Below are positions 50,431-63,269 of a DNA stretch of 64,000 nucleotides, piece after piece. A program made the position numbers and the translations under genes. The stretch covers positions 90,150,001 to 90,214,000 of the forward strand of contig NC_086097.1 in NCBI RefSeq assembly GCF_963921235.1, in the 5' to 3' direction. Positions within the stretch are counted from its first letter, which is position 1. Every line of letters starts with the position of its first letter. The notes below the pieces were generated by a model that was not told the origin of the DNA, did not search any database, and saw only the letters and a list, made by a program, of their open reading frames with translations. Source of the DNA: Mobula hypostoma (taxonomy: Eukaryota).

Positions 50431-53047
50431 AATGACACTAGGTTGGCATGAATTCATCGGTCTGGACGACCTATATACATTGGTTTGATCAAAACAATAA
50501 TGTCATCCTCCATCCTGAAGACTGTCTAGAAAGATACAGAAACAAGAACAGTGGCAGCAACTAAGTTGGAAGTTAAATTCACCTAATACAAATGATCTAG
50601 ATTGACGTGGAGCTACAATGTATATCACCCACACTTTTAGTGCACCCTAATTGACCCATCTCTGCCACCAATCCACTCTCACATACCCTGCTGCTTGACT
50701 TGCTTTACATAGGGTGCACCAGAACCTCACGTATTATAGTTATATCTGATTTTGGAAAAACAGAAGAACTAATGACTTGTACGAAGAAATGGAAGGGTTG
50801 GTTAGTGAACTGGCATAAAACTTGAAGGTTGGAGGTGCTGTGGATAGTGTAGAATGCTTTCGTAGGTTACAACAGGACATGGGCAAGATGCAGAGCTGGG
50901 CAGAGAAGTGGCAGATGGAGTTCAGTCCAGAAAAGTGTGAAAGATTAATCTTGAAGGTGGAGTACAAGGTGAATGGCAGGATTCTTAGCAGCACAGAGGA
51001 TCTTGGGGCTGAAGTGCATAAATCCCTCAAAGTGACTAAACAATTTGTTAGCATGGTTAAGAAGGCATATGGTGTGTTCACCTTCATTATTCACGGCACT
51101 GAGTTTAAGGGCTGCCAGGTAATATTGCAACTCTATAAAACTCTGGTTAGATCACAGTAATGAGATACAGATCTCATTGTAAAGTTCAGGGGAGATGTCA
51201 GAGGTATTTTACACAGTGGTAGAGGTTGATACAATAGGGACATTTCAGAAATGATCATTTATTTTATTTATTTAGTGATAAAGCATGGAGTAAGCACTTC
51301 TGGCCCTCCAAGCGGCATCGCTCCAGCTCCCCGATATAACACTATCTTAATCACAGGACAATTTACAATGACCAGTCAGCCCACCTGGTATGCCTTTGGA
51401 CCGTGGGAGGACGTACAGAATCCTTTCACAGCATGGCAGAATTGCACTTCAAACTCCGAGGCCCCGAGCAGTAATTGTGTCACACTAACTACTATGCTAC
51501 CATAGCACCCGACAACAAATCTATCTATGGAAAATGAAGGATTATGGGCAATATACGAGGGAAGGGCTAGGTTGATCCTGGAATAGGTTAGCTTGCACCG
51601 TGAGTCAAAGGGCCTTACTGTGCCATACTGTTCTATGTAAATCACTCCTCTTAGTTGTCTGGCTGAAACCTGACAATGTGGAGCTATGTAACTGATAGAG
51701 TTACGCTGAATCACGGCCAATAGCACTTCAACCCCTGCTCCAATACAGGGAAACAATAGACCATTTGACAGCCAGCTGAATGAGCAACATTTCAGCTGTG
51801 TAAACATAGCTCCAAGCCCAAGGGGCAGAGGGCGGACTTCACACTCCCTTGGGAATGGATGCCTCCTCACAGGATCTGGGAAGTGCAGCAATCAGATTAA
51901 CCCCCAAAGGAACAGAAATTTATTCTTAAACTTTAAGACAGGACCAATTTATTAAGTTACTTGCAATAGAGTGATTCCTCTACAGGTCTCCCGTTGAAAT
52001 GGATTCAGAATGACTTAAAACTTACTTCTTTTGTTCAATGCCATTTTTCTTAAAATGTTTATGAAAAGTGTGATTTGGAAGTGAAGAACTGAAAAAAGAC
52101 ATTTTTTCTTTCCCTCATACATGGGAGGTGACCGTGACAGGAAGGTTGGCATTTATTTCCAATCACAACTGCACTCATGGAGGCAATGGTGAACAGCAAC
52201 CATACTGCTGGTGGGACAATGTTGAGGGAGAGTCACACTGTTGGAAGGGCAATACTGAGGGATTGCTGCAATGCCAGAGCAAGTGCCACAACATCAGAGG
52301 GACAGCTGTACGGAGGGAGCACCAGGCTATCTGAGGGCCAGTGCAGAGAGGTGCTGATTGGTAAAGAGTTCCAGCATTTTGACCAGATGCTGATGAAGGA
52401 TTGGCATTTCCAAGTTTCGAGTGTGCACAGCTTCAAAAGGAATGTGTAAGTGATGACGTTTCCATGTTACGTTTTGCCCTCCAGAAGGTAAAAGTTAAGG
52501 GTTTGGGAGGCAGTGTTGAGAAGATGAGATGTCACAGTGCACACTCTAAATGGCACATACCGCATTTGGGGTAAACTGGAGGAGAGGCTGATACATGGTT
52601 TTGATTTCTACAACTGCACTTGCTGAATTGTCCTGAATGGTTGCAAAAATTCTGAGTATCGTTAAGGCTGCAATTATTAAGTAAGAGATTCAACATTCAA
52701 GATTGTTCTATGTCATTTCCTGCACACAAGAAGAATGGAATAATTATTACTCCGAATCCGGTGCAGCAAAAAAAACCCCACAAAAGATAAAGAACACAAA
52801 GATAATAAAAAAAACACAATAAATATAATCACAACTGCTCTCAAGGTAGCTTATATACATACTGTAGATTGATCGTAGTCCATAAAAAGGAGACCATTGT
52901 ATCATATTTCTGACACATAGATGGCAATGGTCTTCAGAGAAGCAGGAAGTGAGTCACTTGCCACAAAATTCCCAGCCTCTGAGCTGCTGGTAGAGTCAAT
53001 ATATGTAAAGTTAAATCACCTAAAAGGACTGCGGAAGGGTTTGTCAA

Positions 53048-53315
53048 CACACATCAAAGTTGCTGGTGAACGCAGCAGGCCAGGCAGCATCTCTGGGAAG
53101 AGGTACAATCGACGTTTCGGGCCGAGACCCTTCATCAGGACGAACTGAAAGAAGAGCTAGTAAGAGAGCTAACTGAAAGCAGATTAGTCCTGACGAAGGG
53201 TCTCATCCCAAAACGTCGACTGTACCTCTTCCCAGAGATGCTCCCTGGCCTGCTGCGTTCACCAGCAACTTTGATGTGTGTTGCTTCAATTTCCAGCATC
53301 TGCAGAGTTCCTCGT
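53048..53315. mobile_element. Palindromic mini-PLE
   Basis: Inverted PLE 3' ends with filler at about 53166-53193; TSD GGAAGGGTTTGTCAA at 53033-53047 and 53316-53330. Confidence 0.9.
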
Positions 53316-53734
53316 GGAAGGGTTTGTCAAATGTGTTCAGGGAAGTTTCCTTAGTCAATATGCAGAGGTCTGAAAGAATGCAATATTGGATCTCCTCTTT
53401 GGGAATAAGGCAAGGGCAGGTGACAGACGTGCATGTAGGAGAACATTCTGGATCCAGTGATCATAATTCCATTTGTTTTAAGTTAATTATGAAGGATTGG
53501 ACTAGTCCTCAGCTTGAGATTCTAAAATGTAGAAAGGTCAATTTAGATGGCATCAGAAGGGATCTGGCAGGTGTAGATTAGGAAAGGCTGTTTCCCAGCT
53601 TGGTAAGTGGAGGGGTCTTTAAAAGTGAAATATTAAGTTTACAAAATCTGTATGTTCCTGTCAGAATAAAAGGCAGACTGGCACACTTGTGGAACCTTGA
53701 TTATCAAGGGATATTGAGGCCCAGGTAAAGAAAG

Positions 53735-56420
53735 GCTTTATTGGTAAGAAATGATATTAAGTCATTAGAAAGAGGTGATATAGGATCAGAAGGTGCAGAA
53801 TCTTTATGGGTTGAGCTAAGAAATTGCAGGGGTAAAAGGACCCTGATGGCAGTTATTTAGAGGCCTCCAAACAGCTGCAGAGATGTGGACTACAAATTAC
53901 AACAGGAAATAGAAAAGGCTTGTCAGAAGGGCAGTGTTATGATAATTGAGGGGGATTTTAACATGCGAGTGGATTGGGAAAATCAGGTGGGCACTGGATC
54001 TCAAGAGAGAGAATTTGTAGAATGTCTGCGAGATAGCTTTTTAGAACAGCTTGTTGTTGAGCCCACTAGGGGATCGGCTGTACTTGATTGGGTATTGTGT
54101 AATGAACCAGAGGTGATTAGAGAGATTGAGGTGAAGGAACCCTTAGGAGGCAGTGATCATAACATGATTGAATTCACTGTGAAATTTGAAAAAGAGAAGC
54201 CGAAATCTGATGTGTCGGTATTTCAGTGGAATAAAGGAAATTACAGTGGCATGAGAGAGGAACTGGCCAAAGTTGACTGGAAAGGGACACTGGCGGGAAA
54301 GACAGCAGAGCAGCAGTGGCTGGAGTTTATGCAAGAAGTGAGGAAGGCGCAAGACAGGTATATTCCAAAAATGACGAAATTTTCGAATGGAAAAAGGATG
54401 CAACCGTGGTTGACAAGAGAAGTCAAAGCCAAAGTTAAAGCAAAGGAGAGGGCATACAAGGAAGCAAAAATTAGTGGGAAGACAGAGGATTGGGAAGTTT
54501 TTAAAACCTTACAAAAGGAAACTAAGAGGTCATTAAGAGGGAAAAGATTAACTATGAAAGGAAGTGAGCAAATAATATCAAAGAGGATACTAAAAGTTTT
54601 TTCAAGTATATAAAGAGTAAAAGACAGGTGACAGTAGATATAGGACTGATAGAAAATGATGCTGGAGAAATTGGAATGGGAGATAAGGAGATGGCGGAGG
54701 AACTGAATGAGTATTTTGCATTAGTCTTCACTGAGGAAGACATCAGCAGTATACCAGATACTCAAGGGTGGCAGGGAAGAGAAGTGTGCGCCGTCACAAT
54801 TATGACACAGAAAGTACTCAGAAAGCTGAATAGTCTAAAGGTAGATAAATCTCCCGGACCAGATGGAATGCACCCTTGTGTTCTGAAGGAAGTAGCTGTG
54901 GAGATTGCGGAGGAATTAGCGATGATCCTTCAAAAGGCGATAGATTCTGGCATGGTTCCGGAGGACTGGAAGATTGCAAATGTCACTCTGCTATTTAAGA
55001 AGGGGGCAAGGAAGCAAAAAGGAAATTATAGACCTGTTAGCTTGACATCGGTGTTTGGGAAGTTGTTGGAGTCCATTGTCAAGGATGAGGTTATAGAGTA
55101 CCTGGAGGCATATGACAAGATAGGCAGAACTCAGCATGGATTCCTTAAAGGAAAATCCTGCCTGACAAACCTATTACAATTTTTTGAGGAAATTACCAGT
55201 AGGCTAGACAAGGGAGATGCAGTAGTTGTTGTATATTTGGATTTTCAGAAGGCCTTTGACAAGGTGCCACACATGAGGCTACTTAACAAGATAAGAGCCC
55301 ATGGAATTACGGGAAAGTTACATACGTGGATAGAGCATTGGCTGATTGGCAGGAAACAGAGAGTGGGAATAAAGGGATCCCATTCTGGTTGGCTGCCGGT
55401 TACCAGTGGTGTTCCACAGGGGTCCGTGTTGGGGCCGTTTCTTCTTACATTGTACATCAATGATTTGAATTATGGAATAGATGGCTTTGTGGCTAAGTTT
55501 GCTGATGATACGAAAATAGGTGGAGAGGCCAGTAGTGCTGAGGAAATGGAGAGTCTGCAGAGAGACTTGGATAGATTGGAAGAATGGGCAAAGAAGTGGC
55601 AAATGAAATACAATATTGGAAAGTGTATGGTTATGCACTTTGGCAGAAGTAATAAACGGGCAGACTATTATTCAAATGAGGAAAGAATTCAAAGTTCAGA
55701 GATGCAACGGGACTTGGGAGTCCTTGTACAGGATACCCTTAAGGTTAACCTCCAGGTTGAGTCAGTAGTGAAGAAGGCGAATGCAATGTTGGCATTCATT
55801 TCTAGAGGAATAGAGTATAGGAGCAGGGATGTGATGTTGAGGCTCTATAAGGCGCTGGTGAGACCTCACTTGGAGTACTGTGGGCGGTTTTGGTCTCCTT
55901 ATTTAAGAAAGGATGTGCTGACGTTGGAGAGGGTACAGAGAAGATTCACTAGAATGATTCCAGGAATGAGAGGGTTAACATATGAGGAACATTTGTCCGC
56001 TCTTGGACTGTATTCCTTGGAGTTTAGAAGAATGAGGGGATACCTCATAGAAACATTTCAAATGTTGAAAGGCATGGACAGAGTGGATGTGGCAAAGTTG
56101 TTTCCCATGATGGGGGAGTCTAGTACGAGAGGGCATGACTTAAGGATTGAAGGGTGCCCATTCAGAACAGAAATGCGAAGACATTTTTTTAGTCAGAGGG
56201 TGGTGAATCTGTGGAATTTGTTGCCACGGGCAGCAGTGGAGGCCAAGTCATTGGGTGTATTTAAGGCAGAGATTGATAGGTATCTGAGTAGCCAGGGCAT
56301 CAAAGGTTATGGTGGGAAGGCGGGGGAGTGGGACTAAATGGGAGAATGGATCAGCTCATGATAAAATGGCCGAGCAGACTCGATGGGCCGAATGACCGAC
56401 TTCTGTTTCTTTGTCTTATG
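53735..56420 (+). mobile_element. Younger CR1 LINE, 5'-truncated in the endonuclease; one stop and a frameshift
   Basis: ORFs 53885-54613 (GDFN, SDHN) and 54628-56337 (DFQKAFDKV, GVPQGSVLGP, FADD); possible 5-bp TSD GAAAG at 53730-53734 and 56421-56425. Confidence 0.92.
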
Positions 56421-59091
56421 GAAAGAGAAGTTATATACTGTATCAGGTGTAGACAGTTAGGATCGAATAAGTGATTGAGGAGTATAAGAATTGGAAGAGA
56501 ACACCTAAGAGATAAAGCAGGAGGGCCATAGGGTCATGAGGTTTCTCTGGAAGACAAGGCAAAAGAGAATCTCAAGGGGTTGTCTAGCTATATTAAAAGG
56601 TTAGCAAGGGACAAAATGAGTCTTCTTGAAAATCAGCATGGTTACCTATGCATGGAGCCAAAAGAGATGGTGATAACTTTAATGAATTTTTTGCATCTCT
56701 ATTTACTTGGGAGACACACAGAGACCATAGCAGTGAGGTAAAAGAGTAGAGCGGTCATGGACCATATCCAGATTACAGACGAGGTGATCTGACTGTCTTG
56801 AGGCGAATTAGGGTGGATAAATCCCCAACAGCAAACAAGGTGTCCCCTCAGACCTAATGGGAGACTAGTGCAGAAATTGGAGGGGTCCAGGCAAAAACAG
56901 TTAAAACATCCTGAGTTGAAGTGCTGGAGGACTGGAGAACAGCCAATGGTAAATTACTGGAAGGGTTTCTAAGGACCAGGCTTTTGGATAGGCAGGGCCT
57001 AATTAGGGATAGTTGACATGTTTTGTGCGTGGTAAGTCATGTCTAACCAATCTTACAGAGTTTTTTAGAGAGGTTACCAAGAAGGTTAATGAAGGAAAGG
57101 TGGTGAACATTGTCTATGTGGCCTTTAGCAAGCCTTTTGACAATGACAACATCCCACACGGGAAGCTGGCACAGAAGTTTAAATTGCTTGCCATTCACAA
57201 TGAAGCAGTCAATTGGATTCAATGTTGGCTTAGTCGGGGAAGCCAGAGAGTGGTAGTAAATGGTTGTCTCTCTGACTAAAGACACCTGTGACTGCTAGTG
57301 TGCTGCATCAGTCAGTGCAGGCTTCATTATTGTGTGATGATGTGTTTCTAGAAGGAAATGTTGTAAACAGGATTAGCAAATTTCAGGATGACACCAAGAT
57401 TGGTAAGCAGGGGATAGCACGGAAGGCTATCAAAACTTGCAGCATGATCTCGACCAACTTGGAAAATAGACTGAATAATGGCAGATGGAATTTAATGCAA
57501 AAAAGTGTGTTGCACTTTGAAAGGATAAACAAGGGTAAAAATTAAACTGTGAATGATGGTGCTTTGATGTGTGCTGTAGAACAAAGGGACCTGGGAACAC
57601 AGATCAATAATTCCGTGGAAGTGAAATCAAATGTAGGTAGTGTCATAAAGAGAGCTTTTGGTGCACTGGCCTTCATAAATCCCTGCACTGAACACAGGAT
57701 CTAGTATATTATGTTGTACACTACCTCACTTTTTTTTTCTTTTTTCACTCTCTTTTCGCACTATTTACTTAATTTTTCTATATAAGTGTTGATCAAGATT
57801 GAAATTGACAAGAACAAGAGCAGGAGAGCAGGTGTTCGGCCTGTGTTTGACTAGGCCCTCTCCCTCTCCCTCGCTGCTGCCAAAGGAAGGTGCAGAAGTC
57901 TTGGGTCTTGGGAAGGTTTCATTGGTGCAGCTTGTGGATTGGACTCATTCTTAGAGATTTCTGCGGTTCATATTACATGTTTTTCTGTTTTCTTATTACT
58001 CTTGTTGTTATTCTGCATGATTCTGATCTGGACGCGTTGACGCAGCCAAATTGAACTGAACTGGACTAAACTGAACACTCCTAGACCATTTCAAGGACCC
58101 TGCAGGTCTGTGACTCTGCAACCTAATGTGTTATTCACTCGTCTTTTGCTGATGGCACAATTTGTTCTTTTTTTCGCACGTTGGGTGTTTTCTTTGAACA
58201 GATTCCATGGTGTTTCTTTGTTTGGTAGCTGCCCGCAGGAAGACAAATGCATACATATTTGGATAATAAATATACTTTGAATCTTTGTATATTTCTTATT
58301 ATAATGTAAAGTTTATGTATTTATTTATTTTAGAGATATAGCATGGAATAGGCTATTCCGGCCCTTCAAGCCACACTCTCTACCAATCCTGATTTAACCC
58401 TAGCCTAATCATGGGACAACTTAAAATAACCGATTAACAACTAACCAGGACTATGGGAGAAAACTGGAGCACCCAGAAAAAACCTACGCAGTCCACGTGG
58501 AGGACGTAAAAACCCCTTACTGTGGACACTGGATTGAGCTCTGACATAGTGTCCCACTAACCCCTATGTACCCTGGTGCCCGCATATTGCAATGTACCGC
58601 TGCCACAAAACTACAAATTTCACAACATACACTACACCAGCAATATTGTATAAGACATTGGTGAGGTCACATTTGGATTACTGTTTGCAGCTGTGGTCAC
58701 TTAACTACCGGAAAGATGTTAATAACCTTGAAAAAGTGCAGAGAAGATTTACAAGGATGTTGCCAGGGCTCGAGGTCTTGAATTATCAGGAAAGATTAAA
58801 TAGATTAGGACTTTATTCCTTGAAGTGCAAGAAAAGGAGGGGAGATCATATAGAGGTATAGAAAATTATGAGGATTACAGATACGGTGAATACATACAGG
58901 CTTCTTCCCCTCAGGTTGTTTGAGACTAAAACTAGAGGTCGCTGGTTTAGAGAAAAAGGTGAAATATCTAAGGGCCTCTGAGGGAAAACTTCATCATCAG
59001 ATGGTGGTGCAAGTGTGGAACGAACTGCCAGTGGAAATGAGAAATGTAGGTTCAGTTGTAATATCTAAGAAAAGTACAAGGATGAGAGGGG

Positions 59092-61244
59092 TACAGTCGA
59101 CGTTTCAGGCCAAGACCCTTCGTCAGGACTAACTGAAGGAAGAGTGAGTACGAGATTTGAAAGTTGGAGGGGGAGATCCAAAATGATGGGAGAAGACAAG
59201 AGGGGGAGGGATGGAGCCAAGAGCTGGACAGGTGATTGGCAAAACGGATATGAGAGGATCATGGGACAGGAGGTCCAGGAAGAAAGACAAGGTGGGGGGG
59301 CACCCAGAGGATGGGCAAGGGGTATATTCAGAGGGACAGAGAAAGAAAAAGGAGAGTGAGAGAAAGAATGTCTGTATAAAAATAAATAACAGATGGGGTA
59401 CGAGGGGGAGGTGGGGCATTAGCGGAAGTTAGAGAAGTCGGTGTTCATGCCATCAGGTTGGAGGCTACCCAGACGGAATATAAGGTGTTGTTCCTCCAAC
59501 TTGAGTGTGGCTTCATCTTTACAGTAGAGGAGACCGTGGATAGACATGTCAGAATGGGAATGGGATGTGGAATTAAAATGTGTGGCCACTGGGAGATCCT
59601 GCTTTCTCTGGCGGACAGAGCGTAGGTGTTCAGCAAAGCGGTCTCCCAGTCTGCGTCAGGTCTCGCCAATATATAAAAGGCCACATCGGGAGCACCGGAC
59701 ACAGTATATCACCCCAGCCGACTCATAGGTGAAGTGTCGCCTCACCTGGAAGGACTGTTTGGGGCCCTGAATGGTGGTAAGGGAGGAAATGTAAGGGCAT
59801 GTGTAGCACTTGTTCCGCTTACGTGGATAAGTGCCAGGAGGGAGATCAGTGGGGAGGGATGGGGGGGACGAATGGACAAGGGAGTTGTGTAGGGAGCGAT
59901 CCCTGTGGAAAGCAGAGGGGGGGGAGGGAAAGATGTGCTTAGTGGTGGGATCCCGTTGGAGGTGGCGGAAGTTACGGAGAATAATATGTTGGACCCGGAG
60001 GCTGGTGGGGTGGTAGGTGAGGACCAGGGGAACCCTATTCTTAGTGGGGTGGCGGGAGGATGGAGTGAGAGCAGATGTACATGAAATGGGGGAGATGCGT
60101 TTAAGAGCAGAGTTGATAGTGGAGGAAGGGAAGCCCCTTTCTTTAAAAAAGGAGGACATCTCCCTCGTCCTAAAATGAAAAGCCTCATCCTGAGAGCAGA
60201 TGCGGCGGAGATGGAGGAATTGCGAGAAAGGGATGGCGTTTTTGCAAGAGACAGGGTGAAAAGAGGAATTGTCCAGATAGCTGTGAGAGTCAGTAGGCTT
60301 ATAGTAGACATCAGTGGATAAGCTGTCTCCAGAGACAGAGACAGAAAGATCTAGAAAGGGGAGGGAGGTGTCGGAAATGGACCAGGTAAACTTGAGGGCA
60401 GGGTGGAAGTTGGAGGCAAAGTTAATAAAGTCAACGAGCTCAGCATGTGTGCAGGAAGCAGCGCCAATGCAGTCGTCGATGTAGCGAAGGAAAAGTAGCG
60501 GACAGATACCAGAATAGGCACGGAACATAGATTGTTCCACAAAGCCAACAAAAAGGCAGGCATAGCTAGGACCCATACGGGTGCCCATAGCTACACCTTT
60601 AGTTTGGAGGAAGTGGGAGGAGCCAAAGGAGAAATTATTAAGAGTAGGGACTAATTCCGCTAGACGGAGCAGAGTGGTGGTAGAGGGGAACTGATTAGGT
60701 CTGGAATCCAAAAAGAACCGGAGAGCTTTGAGACCTTCCTAGTGGGGGATGGAAGCATAAAGGGACTGGACATCCATGGTGAAAATAAAGCGGTGGGGGC
60801 CAGGGAACTTAAAATCATCGAAAAGTTTAAAAGCGTGAGAAGTGTCACGAATATAGGTAGGAAGGGATTGAACAAGGGGGGATAAAACCGTGTCGAGGTA
60901 TGCAGAAACGAGTTCGGTGGGGCAGGAGCAAGCTGAGACAATAGGTCGGCCAGGACAGGGAGGTTTGTGGATCTTGGGTAGGAGGTAGAAACGGGAAGTG
61001 CAAGGTGTGGGAACTATAAGGTTGGTAGCAGTGGATGGGAGATCCCCTGAGCGGATAAAGTCGGTGATGGTGTGGGAGACAATGGCCTGGTTCTCCTTAG
61101 TGGGGTCACGATCGAGGGTTAAATAAGAGGAGGTATCCGCGAGTTGTCGCTGTGCCTCAGCAAGGTAGAGGTCAGTACGCCAGACTACAACAGCACCCCC
61201 CTTATCGGCGGGTTTAATAATAAGGTTAGGATTAGTGCGGAGGA
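59092..61244 (-). mobile_element. Neptune-type PLE, left arm (RT, GIY-YIG, 3' region)
   Basis: ORF 59656-60711 with AMGTRMGP, LRYIDD, GLLYIGET; upstream RT motifs to about 61240; TSD AGGATGAGAGGGG at 59079-59091. Confidence 0.92.
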
Positions 61245-61259
61245 GGTTTAGTAATAAGG

Positions 61260-62847
61260 ACCCGTATGGGTCCTAGCTATGCCTGCCTTTTTGTTGGCTT
61301 TGTGGAACAATCTATGTTCCGTGCCTCTTCTGGTATCTGTCCCCCACTTTTCCTTCGCTACATCGACGACTGCATTGGCGCTGCTTCCTGCACGCATGCA
61401 GAGCTCGTTGACTTTATTAACTTTGCCTCCAACTTTCACCCTGCCCTCAAGTTTACCTGGTCCACTTCTGACACCTTCCTCCCCCTTCTAGATCTTTCTG
61501 TCTCTGTCTCTGGAGACAGCTTATCCACTGATGTCTACTATAAGCCTACTGACTCTCACAGCTATCTGGACTATTCCTCTTCTCACCTTGTCTCTTGCAA
61601 AAACGCCATCCCCTTCTCGCAATTCCTCCGTCTCCGCTGCATCTGCTCTCAGGATGAGGCTTTCCATTTTAGGACGAGGGCGATGTCCTCCTTTTTTAAA
61701 GAAAGGGGCTTCCCTTCCTCCACTATCAACTCTGCTCTTAAACGCATCTCCCCCATTTCACGCACATCTGCTCTCACTCCATCCTCCCGCCACCCCACTA
61801 GGAATAGGGTTCCCCTGGTCCTCACTTACCACCCCACCAGCCTCCGGGTCCAACATATTATTCTCCGTAACTTGCGCCACCTCCAACGGGATCCCACCAC
61901 TAAGCACATCTTTCCCTCCCCCCCCCCGCTTTCCGCAGGGATCGCTCCCTACGCGACTCCCTTGTCCATTCGTCCCCCCCATCCCTCCCCACTGATCTCC
62001 CTCCTGGCACTTATCCGTGTAAGCAGAACAAGTGCTACACATGCCCTTACACTTCCTCCCTTACCACCATTCAGGGCCCCAAACAGTCCTTCCAGGTGAG
62101 GCGACACTTCACCTGTGAGTCGGCTGGGGTGATACACTGCGTCCGGTGCTCCCGATGTGGCCTTTTATATATTGGCGAGACCCGACGCAGACTGGGAGAC
62201 CGCTTTGCTGAACATCTACGCTCTGTCCGCCAGAGAAAGCAGGATCTCCCAGTGGCCACACATTTTAATTCCACATCCCATTCCCATTCTGACATGTCTA
62301 TCCATGGCCCCTTCTACTGTAAAGATGAATCCACACTCAGGTTGGAGGAGCAACACCTTATATTCCGTCTGGGTAGCCTCCAACCTGATGGCAGGAACAT
62401 CGACTTCTCTAACTTCTGCTAAGGCCCCACCTCCTCCTCATACCCCATCTGTTATTTATTTTTATACAGACATTCTTTCTCTCACTCTCCCTCCGGCCCT
62501 CTGACTATACCCCTTGCCCATCCTCTGGGTTTTTCCCCCCCTCCCCCTTTTCCTTCTCCCTGGGCCTCCTGTCCCATGATCCTCATATATCCCCTTTGCC
62601 AATCAACTGTCCAGCTCCTGGCTCCATCCCTCCCCCTCCTGTCTTCTCTTATCATTTTGGATCTCCCCCTCCCCCTCCCACTTTCAAATCTCTTACTAGC
62701 TCTTCTTTCAGTTAGTCCTGACGAGGGGTCTCGGCCCGAAATGTCGACTGTACCTCTTCTTAGAGATGCTGCCTGGCCTGCTGCGTTCACCAGCAACTTT
62801 GATGTGTGTTGTTTGAATTTCCAGCATCTGCAGAATTCCTGTTGTTT
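61260..62847 (+). mobile_element. Neptune-type PLE, right arm
   Basis: ORFs 61266-62099 (LRYIDD) and 62096-62422 (GIY-YIG); complete 3' end; TSD AGGATGAGAGGGG at 62848-62860. Confidence 0.92.
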
Positions 62848-63269
62848 AGGATGAGAGGGGAATGGAGGGCTGTGATCCGGGTGCAGGTAGATGGTACCAG
62901 AGAGAATGCCTAGTTGGCATGGACTAGATGGGCCAAAAGGTCTGTTTCTGTGCTGAGGTACTTTATGACTCTATCCTGGTCATACATGTCCTTGGGTATA
63001 TGACAAGAAACTCTATTTTTAAATTGACTTTATCTTTCATTATTCCCTTCAAGTGTAGATTAATCCTGTTCTACGGAATGTTTTTTCAATTATTTCTCTA
63101 CCAATGGAGTTAAGAGTCATTGGCCTCTAACTGCCCTTCTTGAATAAAGGCATCATCTTTGCTGTCCTGAAGTCAGCTGGCACACTTTTGTGGCTGGAGA
63201 ACATATGAAAAACTTAGTCAGGGATTTTTGTCCCCTGCATCCAGTATTAAATTTACTATTGTGACAGGT

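Larger units (their letters stand above)
53020..62975 (+). mobile_element. Old CR1 ORF2 fragmented by insertions (pieces about 53020-53734, 56421-57715, 58640-59091, 62861-62975)
   Basis: Successive motifs EHSGSSDHN, GKSCLTNL, KFQDDTKIG, LYKTLVRSHLDYC, VWNELP and 3' UTR occur in the correct order. Confidence 0.75.

Noticed and set aside
52026..52087. Possible 61-nt minus-strand exon (TTTTTCAG...GAA/GTAAGT)
   Set aside because: Splice-like signals alone are common; no recognisable peptide or partner exon
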